From assembly GCA_963693365.1 (NCBI GenBank), contig CAVNZM010000007.1:9483962-9547961 (forward strand): 64,000 nt of DNA, given 5' to 3'. Under the pieces are notes generated by a model. That model ran no database searches. It was not told the DNA's origin and saw only the letters and a list, made by a program, of their open reading frames with translations. Each line of letters starts with the position of its first letter. The first letter of the stretch is position 1. Shown piece after piece: positions 1-35,940 of this stretch. The position numbers were made by a program, and so were the translations under genes. The stretch is from Amoebidium appalachense (taxonomy: Eukaryota; Protista; Ichthyosporea).

Positions 1-661
1 TCAAAAAAAAAAAAAGACCATACTCCATGCCCCCAACACATGATTTGTACATGTTGCATCTTGCCACAGCTTGTATTTGACATTAGAGGGCATGACTTTG
101 TAACCGCACTCACACCGCTGTCCGCATCCTGTCGTCATAGTGCCATGGCTGATGGCCATACAGCCAAAAACCCGGTCCCGGCCAGCTGGCACCCCGACCA
201 TTTTCAAGGCCAAGGCCACACGGTCACCATTTATGTGCACGTGTCTTGAAGTTGAGATCTCAGGTAGATGAGCAAAGCACGCTAGCTGTTAAAGCATTGC
301 TAGTGTTGGGGTGTTCGTCAGCTTCGCTTATCATGGCATCCATTATAACAATACTTTTTGTAGTAATGGTCTAACAACATGTGACCATACATATCTGCCA
401 ATTGCAGGATTACAACACAGCCTACGGCAAGTACGTTGTACTCATTACCCTATTGTACATATATTATCACTCGTTCTCTACGATATTATCACTATAAGTT
501 AGCTTACTATTCCTACAGCTGCCATATGGCTATGCGTAACTGTCCTATCTATCACATGTATCGTGCGCTCTATTGTGACATTTTGTGTAATTTGGCTGTG
601 CATGCTTGGGTCCCGGTACCGTGTATGCACACGCGTGTGCAGGTTGTGGAGTTCGTGCAGT

Positions 662-732
<71 letters not shown>

Positions 733-1053
733 CTTGCCTACTAATGTGTGCAGGTGTGTCAGTGTCTGCTGTACCGGCATCCTATATAATGCATGATTAG
801 TGTGCCGTGTGTTGAACGTATGTCTGAGCATGTGTGCCATGTGTATGTGTGATGTTCAACACGTGTGGGTACGTACACGGCATCAAGTTTAGTCTACTAC
901 AGTGCGAATCTTGATAGTAAGACACGCACACACACACTGCACAACCTAAAAGAATGCTAACAACGGCCTGCTGCACGCGGCCTCCGCAGCCACACTATTG
1001 CGCTTAAGCTTCCCTTAACTAATTCTACTACAACTACATGCCATATCGTGGTG

Positions 1054-2434
1054 TCACTTACTAGCATCCAGAATCGCCGCAGCAGCCTCTTGGCCACTCA
1101 GGAGGGCCCCGTGCACTGTGGCCGGGTATTTTGCGTGCACAGCCTCTCCGGCAAAGAAAACATGTGTGCCAATAGCCTTCCCTAGCTCCCTCCGGTGCTG
1201 TGGAGACGCGCCGACCGCATAGTACGAATACGATCCACGGGCAAACGGATCGCTGCTCCACCGGGTGACCTTTACTGCTTCGTATTTCGGGATATTCTTA
1301 CCGTAGATATTCTGCAACGCCTTGAATGCACGACCGGCCACTTCTTCGTCTGTCAGCGTCTCCATTTCGCGTGCAAAGGTAGCCGCTGCAAACAACAAAA
1401 GAGCTGGCTTTTTGGATACCTTCTCGTAGTTGAGAATGTTAGCAAACTCTCCGTGTGCCTCCGAAACGTAGTTGATAATATGGGTGTTGTCCCAGAACCG
1501 TTTCGGAAAACGCATGAACACTTTGTTGAGTACACCCACACCGAGAGACGTGATTGCAGACAACTTAGCCGGGGGAAGAGGAGGCAAAAACTCAACACCC
1601 CCGTGCTTTAGTACCCCCAAAGGGAGGGTCACGAGGACCTTCTTGGCCCGAAACACTTGCCCGCTTGCCGTAGACACCCTAACCCCCAACCCGTCCGTCG
1701 TGTTATATTCGACTTTTGTGACCTGTTGTAAAGCGAGAATTTGGCCCTTCCCAGAATTCACTATCGACGAATGCATGCGGCGGGTCACCTGGTCGTACCC
1801 TTCAGCAAACAACATTTCATCCCCATTAAACTCGTTGTCGTCATCCCAGTACAACGCTGAGAGGTCCCTGACATCGGCGGCATATTCTTGCTCTATCTCG
1901 GCGGCTTGCATGAATGCAAAGAGTTTTTTCTGTGCGTCTGGTTGTTTCTGTGAAGAGAACCACTGATCTAGGCAGGCTGACAGAGGCATGTCCGGCTGCT
2001 TGTTGCGTTTCCGTGCCTTTGCTGTCTCAATTGCTGCCTGCGAGAATCACCATTTAAGTAGAGCACTCACGGCTGTGAGCTTGTACATGTGATAATCTCC
2101 AGGCCGTGTGTGATTCTTTTTTTTTTTTTTTTCTTTTTGTGTTGCGTGTGTGCGTATGTGTGCGTGTATGTGGGTTCGTGTGTGTGTGTGTGTGGGGGGG
2201 GGGGGCAGGCGCAAACACATTTGGCGTCAAACGAGAAAAAAGGTGGGCCCAGAGGAGGAGAGGGGGGTCTGAGACCAGGAAGAGAGGGAACGACCTTTTT
2301 GCAGGGGGATTGGGAGGGGGAGGAGGCGCACTGACGTCACACGGGCCATGCATTCATAGTGAAACTCAGGCAATACATGATAGACACTAATTTCTAAAAC
2401 AGTTGTGCATGGACCGTGCGGGTTTGTTCCCGGG

Positions 2435-2469
<35 letters not shown>

Positions 2470-3060
2470 GGGGGGTAATCAAGACAATAATAAGCATCCA
2501 AGTGTAAATTATCGAGGCCCAAGGATGTGCACAGTCAGAGAGAGAGAGAAACGATAGCAGTTGAAACCAGATTCGCCTATGCAAAGATAAGATCGGAGAA
2601 GAAGTGAAGTGCAAAAGTAGTCACTGAAAACGCAAATGGGGAAGAACACGAGAGCAGATCGGAGCCCGAATCCCCTAAAGACCCAACTGCCTCCGGTTTC
2701 AGTCGTCCTTGTTTCCCCCCCCTCCCCTCCCCTCCCCCAAAACCAGCCCCCTCCTTTTCGAGCATATCCCCCCCCCCCCCCCCCCCCCCCCCGTCCCTCA
2801 GACACACACACACACAAACACATACCAGTAAGCCTGAGGCCTGTCTCCCTTCCCCCCCTCCCCCCCCCTCCCCCCTTCCCCCCCCTCAAGAAAAGGGGGG
2901 GGGGGGGGGGGGGGTGTGAACAAAAACAAAAAATAAAACAGGCTTCATCTCTATTGCCCCTCTTCCCTCCCCTTTCCACCCCCTCAAAATAAAATAAAAT
3001 AAAATAAAATAAAATAAAATAAAGCACACACACACACACACACACTCGGCCGAATCCGCG

Positions 3061-3092
<32 letters not shown>

Positions 3093-3922
3093 ACCCCCCC
3101 CCCCCCCCCCAAACCCCCCCCAGCCCTCCCCCCTCCCTCCGCACTGCCCCGTTTCTCTTCTCCCTCCATGCAGCCAGTTTATCTTTCCCTCCTTACTCTG
3201 CCCATTTCCTTCCCAACATCTCCCTCACCATACACTTGCTGACTGAAAAAGGAGTTCTCAAAAGCATGTTGTTAGAACCGGTGGTGGTCACATTGTTTGG
3301 TGGGCGGGAGTGCGGGGTATCGTTGAGCCAAAAAGTGAACGAGAGAGAGAGAGAGCGAGCACAAGTAAGTTCAGGGCAAACGAAGCAGGAGAGGGGACAA
3401 AGATGTGGGTGGATGCGGGATCGAAGGTGCCTAAAACAAAGTTGCATACCTCAGTAGCCCTCTCAAAGAGGCTCTCGGCCTTGTCGATATCCTTGTCAGG
3501 TACCTCCTGGCCGTAGGCCCAATAGAACGTGGCACTGTCCCAGTCGGTCTCCACCAGTTTTGCCTTCAGCGCTACTGCCTCCCTGCAAGGTGTGAGGGGT
3601 TGAATATCTTTAAAGGCGTATGAATTGTGTTGCAGAGGTATTACAGCATGGTTCCAAAAGGTTGTAGGTAGTCCAATACAACTGTTAGGATGCTGGTAAA
3701 GGAGCAACTGAAACGAAGGAGGGAGAAGAGGATGGGGGGCGGGCAAGGGTGGGTGGGTGGGTGGGGGGGGGGGGGGGGGAGGGCGGGGGTTGAGAACCTA
3801 GTCTTCACATGTGAGATTTGGGCTGATTCGGGCCCTATAGGAAAAAGGAAAAATACCGACGCAGCAAGAGGCAAAGAAAAGGCCCCAGCAAGAGGAGTGA
3901 AAGGGGTTGGGGTAAGGAAAGT

Positions 3923-3974
<52 letters not shown>

Positions 3975-4456
3975 GGGGGGGGGGGGGGGGGGGGGGAAGG
4001 GAACGATAAAGTGAACAGTTTTCTGCTACTGGCGAGGGTTCCTAGAAAAGAAAGGAATGTACAGTTGCTACTAGCAATATGAAAACATTCTAAGCCTCGA
4101 GATCTGAAATACTGGATATTAAAGACAACCATATCAACCAAAGCACTTTCTTCTTTCTCACCCCACACCCATCCACCTTCTAAGCCACGCTCCCCAACCC
4201 AGGCTCAAACATGCTCCGTCGAAGCTTACTTTGTCACGGGGTGTGAATTATCGCTGCCGTGTATCCAGGAGGCCCCCAGGTCCAGGTGGTAACCCGCACC
4301 CCACTCCCTGTCTGTCCATATCCTGCCCCCCACTCTCTCCCTCGCTTCGAGCACCACCACAGTCTTCTGTGCCGCAACAAGTGCCCGCGCAGCCGCCAGC
4401 CCTGCCACCCCCGCACCAAGCACAATAACATCGGCCACTGGCTGGGGTGCAGACAT
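1054..4456 (-). CDS. Flavin-containing amine oxidase (polyamine oxidase / LSD1-like amino oxidase domain), 3 exons
   Basis: Exon 1 (~4456-4230) encodes the FAD-binding motif [37 protein letters not shown] and ends at donor GTAAGC. Exon 2 (~3583-3450) reads [16 protein letters not shown]... Exon 3 (~2037-1054) has [23 protein letters not shown] and [15 protein letters not shown]. Phases are compatible across GT-AG introns. Confidence 0.92.
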
Positions 4457-5215
4457 TCTAATAATATATTAGGCTCGTTGAAGCCCGAGAATAGAATACC
4501 CATATAAGTTGTATCTAGGAGGCCTTGCTTATAATACAACTATAGTAATGAAGTTTGTTTGACTGCGCGCGTTCTAGTCACGGCCATCTTGAACTGGCCT
4601 TGCTTTCGACAGGATGACGTCATGAGTCGGCTTATCGGCGTGATCCGATTGGATAAAAAGCGCGCCAAAAGCGAGCAACCCCGCCAACTTGCCAGCTGCA
4701 GGGTTCCTGCCCAAACGAGAAAACAAGACCAGGAGAAAAGAGGTGCAAAGCGGCAAAAGGAGGGGTTCAGCGAAACTCATACACGGAATAGTTTTTTATC
4801 ATCGCCGTTGAAGAAATCAAAGGGACACCCAGGCAAGTTGCAAGAGCGTTTAAAAATAAACAACTCCAAAATTACGGCTGCACTAACATCAGAACGAGCT
4901 TCCCAAGAGCTTCGCAACCAAAACAAAACCATAGCAAGCAAGAAGGGAGGGGAGCGGGAGGGGCGGGAGAAGGGGATGCGTAGGGAAGCTTCATAATGGC
5001 AGCGTTTTCCGCGACTCAAAACATTGACAAACACGAGCATGCACTTTCACAATTTTTGTGGTTTGTGGTAGTGTTGGGGCTAGCGCTGCTGCTTACTTAC
5101 CGGACGTCTGTTTGCTTGGGAAAACTCAACACTACTGTTTAGGGATGTATTTTTTTTGAAAATCTCTAAACCCTTTTCTTTTTACAGGGCTTTTTTGGGG
5201 AGTGGTGTGTCAGCC
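4457..5215. promoter_or_regulatory. Putative bidirectional promoter between the amine oxidase and SMC3
   Basis: Divergent start codons are ~760 bp apart and the interval is free of microsatellites. It contains TGACGTCA (4615-4622), ATTGG/CCAAT (4648-4652) and an E2F-like TTTGGCGC on the minus strand (~4662-4669). Confidence 0.5.
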
Positions 5216-28498
<23,283 letters not shown>

Positions 28499-29043
28499 AC
28501 CCCTGACAGTTTATTGTAACCTCCACTACTTTTTCAACACATTTCTATTGAATTTCTATCAGAACCATGTTTAGCATATGTGCTGTGCTTATTGGGCAAA
28601 CCAAATAAATTAGGAAAATAGATTGTATGCACGTACAAGCCCACCTCAGACGGAACATAGTATGGTTACCGTACGGATAGGTGGCACATAGTGACTTGCG
28701 GTGATATGGTTTTTGTTCTATTTTTTGGGTATCTAGGACATCACTTTGAGAGTTTTAGAGTATCTCGGGACTCGGTTAAAAAAACTTGTGGTATGTGGAA
28801 ACCGGATCACATATTACTATTAACAAGAGCATATATTCGGGCAGGCAAAGTTGCGGCCAAACACCGGCTGCCGGATTGCCAATATTATGTATAGCTATAC
28901 TATTTGGCCTCGTACACTACATGTAGCCTAGGTAACCGTCACTTGACTCAACCACTAGCAATTTGGGGTTCTGTATTTCGCCTTAAAGCTGATATCTTTA
29001 TTTAGTCGAGCTCTAAGCGGTCTGAGAGGTGGTGTTATCCAAA

Positions 29044-29172
29044 ATTGCAATCAACTTTCACCCCAGAAGCTACCGTACTCCAATAGCTCCCAGGCAGACC
29101 GGCAAGATAATTCTTGCCGGAATGCCTGGGAGCTATTGCGATCAACTTTCACCCCAGAAGTTACCGTACTCC
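29044..29172. repeat. 38 bp direct repeats bracketing a 58 bp hairpin
   Basis: attgc(a/g)atcaactttcaccccagaag(c/t)taccgtactcc lies at 29044-29081 and 29135-29172. Between them is caatagctcccaggca-ga-ccggcaaga-taat-tcttgccgg-aa-tgcctgggagctattg. Confidence 0.85.
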
Positions 29173-29284
29173 CAAAACAACAATGTGCCTTCAATAAAAG
29201 ATCAAGTGAGTTAAGCGAAGGGAATGTCATTGATCAGCCTATTCACATTTTTGCTTCCCAACGGCATGAGGTTTTTTTGTGTGT

Positions 29285-29364
29285 GTGTCTGGTCCCAATC
29301 CTGGCCATTCGGCAGTATCCCATCATCATGGCCATCATTACATCGAGCTGCAGCGCTGCCCCCA

Positions 29365-29407
<43 letters not shown>

Positions 29408-29966
29408 GGGGGCTCTTGCTCAGTACTAGTGAGGCCCTCGACGGCAGCAGATGGCCCCCGAGTTGAACTGCACGAAACTCATGCAGAGGTGCTGGGGGTT
29501 GTGCAATTTTAATGTGTAGGCAGCTTAGAAAACGCAACGGCCCCTGAGCTCAGTCTATCGATCGGTGAGCTCGATCGCAAGGTTTATAATTTTACTAATA
29601 GACAGCTGAAATAGGTTAACGTTTAGTTATTACAATAGCTTGGTGAGTTTGCCAAATGTGTCCCTGATCGAGTAAGTTCAAGTGTGGGAAGCTTAAGGGC
29701 CCCCGGGCGGGCGGGCGGGCGGGCGGGCGGGGGGGCGGGCGGGGGGGGGGGGGGGGGGACTGTATTGTTGGTCGTCATCAAAGCCTGACGATCAAGTCGC
29801 CAAGCTTCCCAAGTTATGCACGAGATGTGCCGAGATGTGCGCAACTCGCGCGCGCACACACACAAATACACCACACACACTGGCGCGCGCACACACACAC
29901 AAGCACACATGTGCACCCACGGACACGCGCACACCCACCCGAATGGCCAGGATTGGGACCAGACAC
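29285..29966. mobile_element. Possible non-autonomous DNA transposon bounded by perfect 28 bp inverted repeats
   Basis: gtgtctggtcccaatcctggccattcgg at 29285-29312 and its exact reverse complement at 29939-29966. No clear TSD and no coding capacity. Confidence 0.45.
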
Positions 29967-30726
29967 CGTCTTTGACTGATGCACGTATAACCCACTCATT
30001 TTTAGTAACACCCAGAAGTTTCAAGTTATGTACACCGCGACTTTTGACCGATATCAACCACCCCTAATAAAAACTCTGCCAGCCTGGCGTCGCCGATAGC
30101 TTTGCATGCTACTTCTGAATCACTATGTGGGGCAAAGTCAACTGACCACATGAGCTAAGTTCCCAATTACTAAAACAATCATAGGCTTCCCGGGCCCGCA
30201 CATTATACTTCGTGAATATTACGGATTTGCTACTGTTAAAATATTCCCAACGGACAAAGACTTTTTGCGATGATCCTCTAGAGTCTTTAACAATTTATGT
30301 CTATGACCGACTCTAGCCACGTTATGTACCGTTGGTACAATAATTCAATGTTAGCAAGTTGAAGCACTGAAAGTGCGCTCAGCAGTCGCCACGTTCTATA
30401 ACTTTCAGGAATTTACCAGCATCATACATCAAATGTCTTCATTCAGCCGTGAACCGATGAGTTTTTGCACAGACCTCGTGTAGGTATTGAGTATTCTAAG
30501 GCTGGAAAAAAATTGCAACTCTACGAAAATTCACAAGGAATATATTTACACTTCGCCTGCGCCATGATTCAGTCCAGTATATATCCGTTTAATCTCCACA
30601 AACTTTCGCCAAACTATTTTTCTAAACTACTTATCGCTGCCTTAATAAGACACTCGAAGACGTGTTATCCACTCTGCGGCACATATTTCATCACAAACCA
30701 ACATGCAGGACTTGCCCTGTACCCAC

Positions 30727-32166
30727 TCATACAGGTGCCCAGGCTGTGCGCCCCCAGAGCCTCCCTTGCTGCACACGTTGCTCCTGCTTCACCACCCCAC
30801 CGTTGACTGCTCCATTAGCCGCGGAAAACGAAAACTGTGTGGGTCTCTGGGTATTTTGGTCGTGGGCCGTGGTGTAGTGGGTTGGTGTGCTGGCCATGCG
30901 CAGTGGCAAAGAAGGAAGAGAGGTGGTAGCTGGCAACGGCATATTCTGGGTAGTACCCTGTGGTGGGGGAAAGGGACTCCGGGCCGTGGCATGCTGACCG
31001 TGAAGGGAGGGCATGGAGGGGCTCTGTCTCATGAGTGCTGGTGTACTGGCCAGCAGCAGCTGCTTGGTGCGTTCCAGCTCGACCACTCGTTGCTGCAGCA
31101 ACGCTATCTGCTCGATGGCCGCCGCCGCCTGTTGTGGCGTCATACTGCCTGCCTGATACTGCCCTGCCACCATGATGTTAGGGCCTGCAGCAGGGGGCCC
31201 ACCCAAAACAGGTCCAGTGGCTGTAGTGGCTTTGGGGCTCCGACATTGCTGAGGGCCGGGGAGGGGCTGGTCCGGGTAACTTTGCTTCAAGTTGGACTCA
31301 CTAATAGTGCGGGGCGGTGACTTCTGTAAAGGTCGAGGTTGCCATTGGGTAGAAGGTCGTCTAAACGAGCCCCTGTGGTCGTGCCCACGCTGCCACTCTA
31401 GTGGCACAGACAGGTTGCTCGGCACACATAGGCCGGTGCGGCGGGGTGACCCCTCCAGTTTCATGTTGAAGGTTAGACCTGGCGGCGGAACGGTGTGTGT
31501 GTGGTGCTTTGACACGATGGGAGAGGCTGGGAAAGAAAACACCTGTGCTTGAAGGGGTGGCCTCGGAGGGGCGCTTTTAATGTCGGGCTCCGGTGGGTGC
31601 GCAACTGCTGTGTCGTACATGGCAGGGAGTGGGTTGGACTGTGACCGTAGTGGGCGGTAGATCAGAGTATTTGCCGTGCTCAAGGGGTGCACCTGCATCT
31701 CCGTCTCCTTGAACGTGTTCAATTCCTCTCTTATGCTATCCAACTCCTCAATGCTCCTTTGTGGTGGCACCACCGACCGCTCGTACTCTCCGGGGCCATA
31801 GGTCTCTGTGACGTAGACTTGAACGTTAAAACTCACCCGTGTGCTTGTAGACACAGGCAGGAGGTTTTCTGTACTAGCTGCAGCCAGGGCTAAACTCTTG
31901 GTGCAGGGTTGGGTGCCGGTCTGCAGGTAGCACTGTTTGCGCCCCTGTGCAGGTCTTAAAGATGCTGTGCATGCTGGTGCTGGAAGCACTTCAGGGACAC
32001 CCTTTGGCTGCACATACCCATCCACAACATGGGCAGCCTCCAGAACTATGTCGGAGAGCACACGGCGCAGGCCAAACAACCCCGACAAGCCGCTGGCCTT
32101 TTTCTTCTTGGGGCCATCCACAGCCCTGACGCTGCCAGTTACAACGGTGGTGTCTACTTGGGCCAT
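30727..32166 (-). CDS. Putative PP1 regulatory protein with Phactr/Bni4-type PP1-binding domain (479 aa, intronless)
   Basis: Long non-repetitive ORF. RVSFNVQVYVTETYGPGEYERS..SIREELNTFKETEMQVHPLS matches the RVxF + Y(D/E)R + I(R/K)xELNxFKxxEMxVH signature of the Phactr and fungal Bni4 C-termini. The remainder is P/Q/S-rich with a short coiled coil. Confidence 0.8.
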   Translation of the reverse strand: MAQVDTTVVTGSVRAVDGPKKKKASGLSGLFGLRRVLSDIVLEAAHVVDGYVQPKGVPEVLPAPACTASLRPAQGRKQCYLQTGTQPCTKSLALAAASTENLLPVSTSTRVSFNVQVYVTETYGPGEYERSVVPPQRSIEELDSIREELNTFKETEMQVHPLSTANTLIYRPLRSQSNPLPAMYDTAVAHPPEPDIKSAPPRPPLQAQVFSFPASPIVSKHHTHTVPPPGLTFNMKLEGSPRRTGLCVPSNLSVPLEWQRGHDHRGSFRRPSTQWQPRPLQKSPPRTISESNLKQSYPDQPLPGPQQCRSPKATTATGPVLGGPPAAGPNIMVAGQYQAGSMTPQQAAAAIEQIALLQQRVVELERTKQLLLASTPALMRQSPSMPSLHGQHATARSPFPPPQGTTQNMPLPATTSLPSLPLRMASTPTHYTTAHDQNTQRPTQFSFSAANGAVNGGVVKQEQRVQQGRLWGRTAWAPV

Positions 32167-34518
32167 ATCTAGGCGGGTAGCTTGGTAGCCCTATAATCAT
32201 AAATTATAGTACAAAGACTTAGTGGTTACGTCCTGTTCAACTGACGGTTATAAAGGTGGGGTACCTAATACCAGAACAGTTACAGATCGAATACCTTTAG
32301 TGAAGCCGGGCTGAACCTCTTTGTGGCGTTCCCAAAAGTTTACTGGGTAATTGGAAAATATCAAGAAGGATCGGATGGGCAAATTGAATGTGTAACGATC
32401 ATGCGTTTACATGTGCTGGTTGGGGTGTCACAACAGCGATTCTGCAGGAAACCTTTGATTATTCAGAGTGCTGTCATGAAACTCAGTGTGAGATGAGAAC
32501 ACGAAAAAACCAAGCAACTACTACTAAAATTGTGAACTTCGATTGCAGTTACTGTAGCCACAACAGCCTAAAACCCAGCCGATGGGCCGCACTACATGTA
32601 CACGTCGTGGTTACAGCTTCACTGAGGCACGGCGTTAGGCAAGTTGGACACTCTTCGTTAAAAGTGCCGAAGTTGAAAAAACTATAACAATTCGGTGTTC
32701 ATACTATGGAGATAGCACTGACAATACGTTTAACACAAATGTTTCCACACTACACAGGTAGCTACACTGTTTGTTTCTGAAAGGCAGCACCGAGAACACG
32801 TTGTGCACACCTGAGGGGTGTTATCGGCCCGGCCTTTTTGTAGGGCAACACGGGCACTTTGATTGGACGTCGTTCTATTCATTTTATTGCTCGGGGGTTT
32901 AGGGAGCCGCTTGTTCAAACCTTGGCAGCATAGTTTGCATGGTACTTTGAACTTTTAATCTTTATTTTTTTCTCGCACCTACTATTAGACCGTCTACTAC
33001 ATGTTGCTTAGTGCTGTTTTTATTGCCATTGACCATGAGCATTCCTGGAAGACGGCTTTTGTTTGGCACCCAAAATTCCAAGTTCGAGCTTAGACGATTA
33101 GCTTACTTAGATAATCCTGATATTTCTTCTATTGCCTGTTAAAACTCGGGTATATGATTGTCCTAGTCGTTAGCTTCTCCGTATCCGAGAATACGGCTTT
33201 TTTGTATTTTCTTCTCTGAGATATCTTTTATATCTCGTTAAAAAAAACTTCCAAGCCTTGCTGAAGCACATTTAAATTTTTCTCTGTGCGACTGCACGTG
33301 ACGATGTGATCACCAGTGTTCATGTGATCACCACCCGCTTCTTAGCAAACGGTCTACTGTATGGGAGTCTGCCCCCCGTTTGTTTCTCGAAAGATGGGCT
33401 GAGCTATATTTTGTAGACCACTGGAATTGGGCACTACTTATATGTACTGTACTACATATGCTTACACGTTTTTAAAATATTTAGCCTCATCAGCCTGGCT
33501 GCATTCCCATATATATATGATCAGATCAGATCACGTGCACCGGCTACAGGTCAGTCGATCACACGCGGGGCCCGGCCGGGCATGACAGATGCTCAGCAGG
33601 ATAATTGCAATAGATATTTACTTTGTTTTTAAAAAAAAGGAGGGGAGGGGGGATGGGGGGGGGGGGGGGGGGGGGGGGGGGGGAGCCCTTGTTTCGAAGG
33701 GTCATATGGACCGCGCAAAGTTATCAGTGAGGACATAAAACTTTTTGTAGTCAGTTCCAACAAAAGATTTTTCGCATTACAGTGTAGGGGGAGAAGCTGT
33801 GGATTCATGTGGAATGCTTGCTCCCAATGTTCATTGGTTTGTTTTAGTCCGGCCAGAATCTCAGATCTGCACCGTTTTGCGGCAGTGACACAGACATGGC
33901 CATGATCATCAAGGGTTTATATTATACACTGTAGTGAGCCTCATTCAAATTGGGGGAAGGATGTGCGGTTTATTCATACCATGTCTCGTCATCGTTCGTG
34001 TAATACACACCGTGTAAGCGTCGACTTGAAAAAAGTTTTGGACGTCAGTTGAAGGGGTAGTTTAGCCCTCGTGCGCCCCCTGTCACTGAGTGAGAATGGT
34101 GAGCAGATTCCCACGAGCCAGTCTAGACTCGTACTACCATGATAATACATGCCATGCCATCATGGTAGGTCAGACATCGTCATCCTGATGCATATGCACG
34201 GCGCATGGCATATGCACGTGCCCATGACTCATGGGCCAGGGCCATATTTATATATAAGCCTATAGGCCTACTAGTATGCCGCATTGCAAGACACATTGTC
34301 AAGCAGCATGCATGGCATGCATCTGGCCTGGCAGATATCACTGCCTGAGTGGCATGTGGGCTGGGACAGCTTCAAGCCTTCGGAGTGTGGAGGCGTGACG
34401 CTTCCAGCAACATGTGCGCGTCAATAGATGGTAGGAAATTCAACGGTTCGCGCGTGTCACAATATTTGCTGGTGTAGTCGTGTGCCTTGACAATGTGTGT
34501 GTGCGTGTCACGGTGTGA

Positions 34519-34600
34519 GGGAGCGGGTTGGTGCAATGGTAAGATCTCTGCGTGTCAAGCTCAAAGTCGCAGGATCGATCCTGGTTACTTCCGATTTTTC
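34519..34600 (+). pseudogene. tRNA-derived sequence (tRNA pseudogene or SINE head)
   Basis: ~75 nt with an A-box TGGTGCAATGG (34529-34539), a T-arm CAGG-ATCGAT-CCTG containing a B-box-like GGATCGATCC, a degenerate acceptor stem (GGGAG/CTTCC) and a T5 terminator. The anticodon stem pairs poorly. Confidence 0.45.
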
Positions 34601-35592
34601 TGCCTCGACGGTCCACCGGTCTGGCCGCCCCCTAGAAGCCATCACCCCAGACCACGTCAAGCAGCACCACCAATTTGTTATCGTCCGGCCGCAAGACATG
34701 ACGTCATGAATAGCACCGGCCCTCTGACGTCGACGGCGCGTCACTTGGGCATCCCAGCCCAACGTTCAAGAGGGAGACCAATCCGAGTCACCGGCCACGG
34801 TTCGGGTCAGCGTCCTGGGCATGGGGTCTCCCCCTTTCGAGTCTTTATGTTTAAATTGTGAATGTGTCCCGGCTACCTGGCTGGTGTTGTTAAAGTGAGC
34901 CCCACTAGCGTTGCTGCGGCTAGAACCGTGGGATAAGGCGTAACTAAAAATAGTGCCAGTTGGGGTCAATTAGAATCCTGACTTATGAGTGTGCTATACA
35001 GTACGATCTGTGTCTAGGCCACGCGGCCCTCTAGATGGCCGTGGTCTAGGCGGAAGACGGTAAGCTCCCCTGAGGCAGTGCCTCGCCGGGAGTGAAACGG
35101 GATAGACCGATTAAAAAACCCTTAGTACTATGCCAAAAATAGATTGCGGCGCGCGTGCGCTAGGGCTGGAAAATTATTAATCGGATGGGGGTATCAATTG
35201 CATCGAATGCCGGCGGTGTGGGGGGTAGTTTGATGCTCTTTTTCTTGATTGATTTTCAACCCCTGGCCGCCGGAGTAGTGGGACGGTTGGTGCCCTTAGC
35301 AGCTACCACCTACTGAGGCGGTGTCTCCTTTCTTTTTTCTTTCTTTTTTTTTTTTTTGCCGCCTGAGTAGATGTAAAAACGTCGCACGTGCGGCAACACG
35401 TCAGTACGTGTTAGCCTTAGCAGAGTCGAGAGAGAAAGAAGCCTTTCGCTTAGGGTTGGGGTGTTTTTTTTAGCGAGTAAGTTGGTACTGTGTGGTTTAA
35501 AAACGTTGCTTCTTAGAGTAGCTGTAGACAGTGGAACAAAGTTAGTCTTCCCCTTTTTCTTCTACTCATTAGCACAGCTGAAGTGGGCAAGC

Positions 35593-35940
35593 ATGGTGAC
35601 TAGCTGCTGCCACGTCCTGTGCAATGCCACAGTGCAGAAAAACGGCCAGGGACATTTCGTTTACCTTCCCATGGGCTCAAATGCAGCACAGAGACGCAAA
35701 CAGTTTCTCAAGAGAGTGGGACGGACTGACGATTACATTGCTAGTGCGTTAAGATTAAGTAGTGAGGGCAAGTACCCGCGCCTTCTGTTGTGCCGAAGCC
35801 ACTTCCCTTTGAGTGCCTTTGACGAAAACGGAGGTCTAATGCCAGACGCACTTCCGTACACTTTACTTTTTCAACACAACCGAAACTGTCGGTGTTACAA
35901 GTGGTTCGGTCTTAGGGAAGTTAGAACGGTGATTTTTTGA
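35593..35940 (+). CDS. THAP-type (C2CH) zinc-finger protein, possibly transposon-derived; may splice to further exons
   Basis: MVTSCCHVLCN..FVYLP..RRKQFLKRVGR..LLCRSHF..FDENGGLMPDALP shows the THAP C-x-C...CxxHF pattern and an AVP-like box. The usually conserved Trp is Phe. Confidence 0.7.
   Translation: MVTSCCHVLCNATVQKNGQGHFVYLPMGSNAAQRRKQFLKRVGRTDDYIASALRLSSEGKYPRLLLCRSHFPLSAFDENGGLMPDALPYTLLFQHNRNCRCYKWFGLREVRTVIF

Noticed and set aside
140-663. Possible 3' exons of a plus-strand gene (AG/GT-bounded segments at ~140-263, 408-430, 643-662)
   Set aside because: No recognisable protein motif and the frame could not be fixed.
1054-1062. GTAAGT donor-like site overlapping the amine oxidase stop
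   Set aside because: The domain is already complete and no compatible downstream exon was identified.
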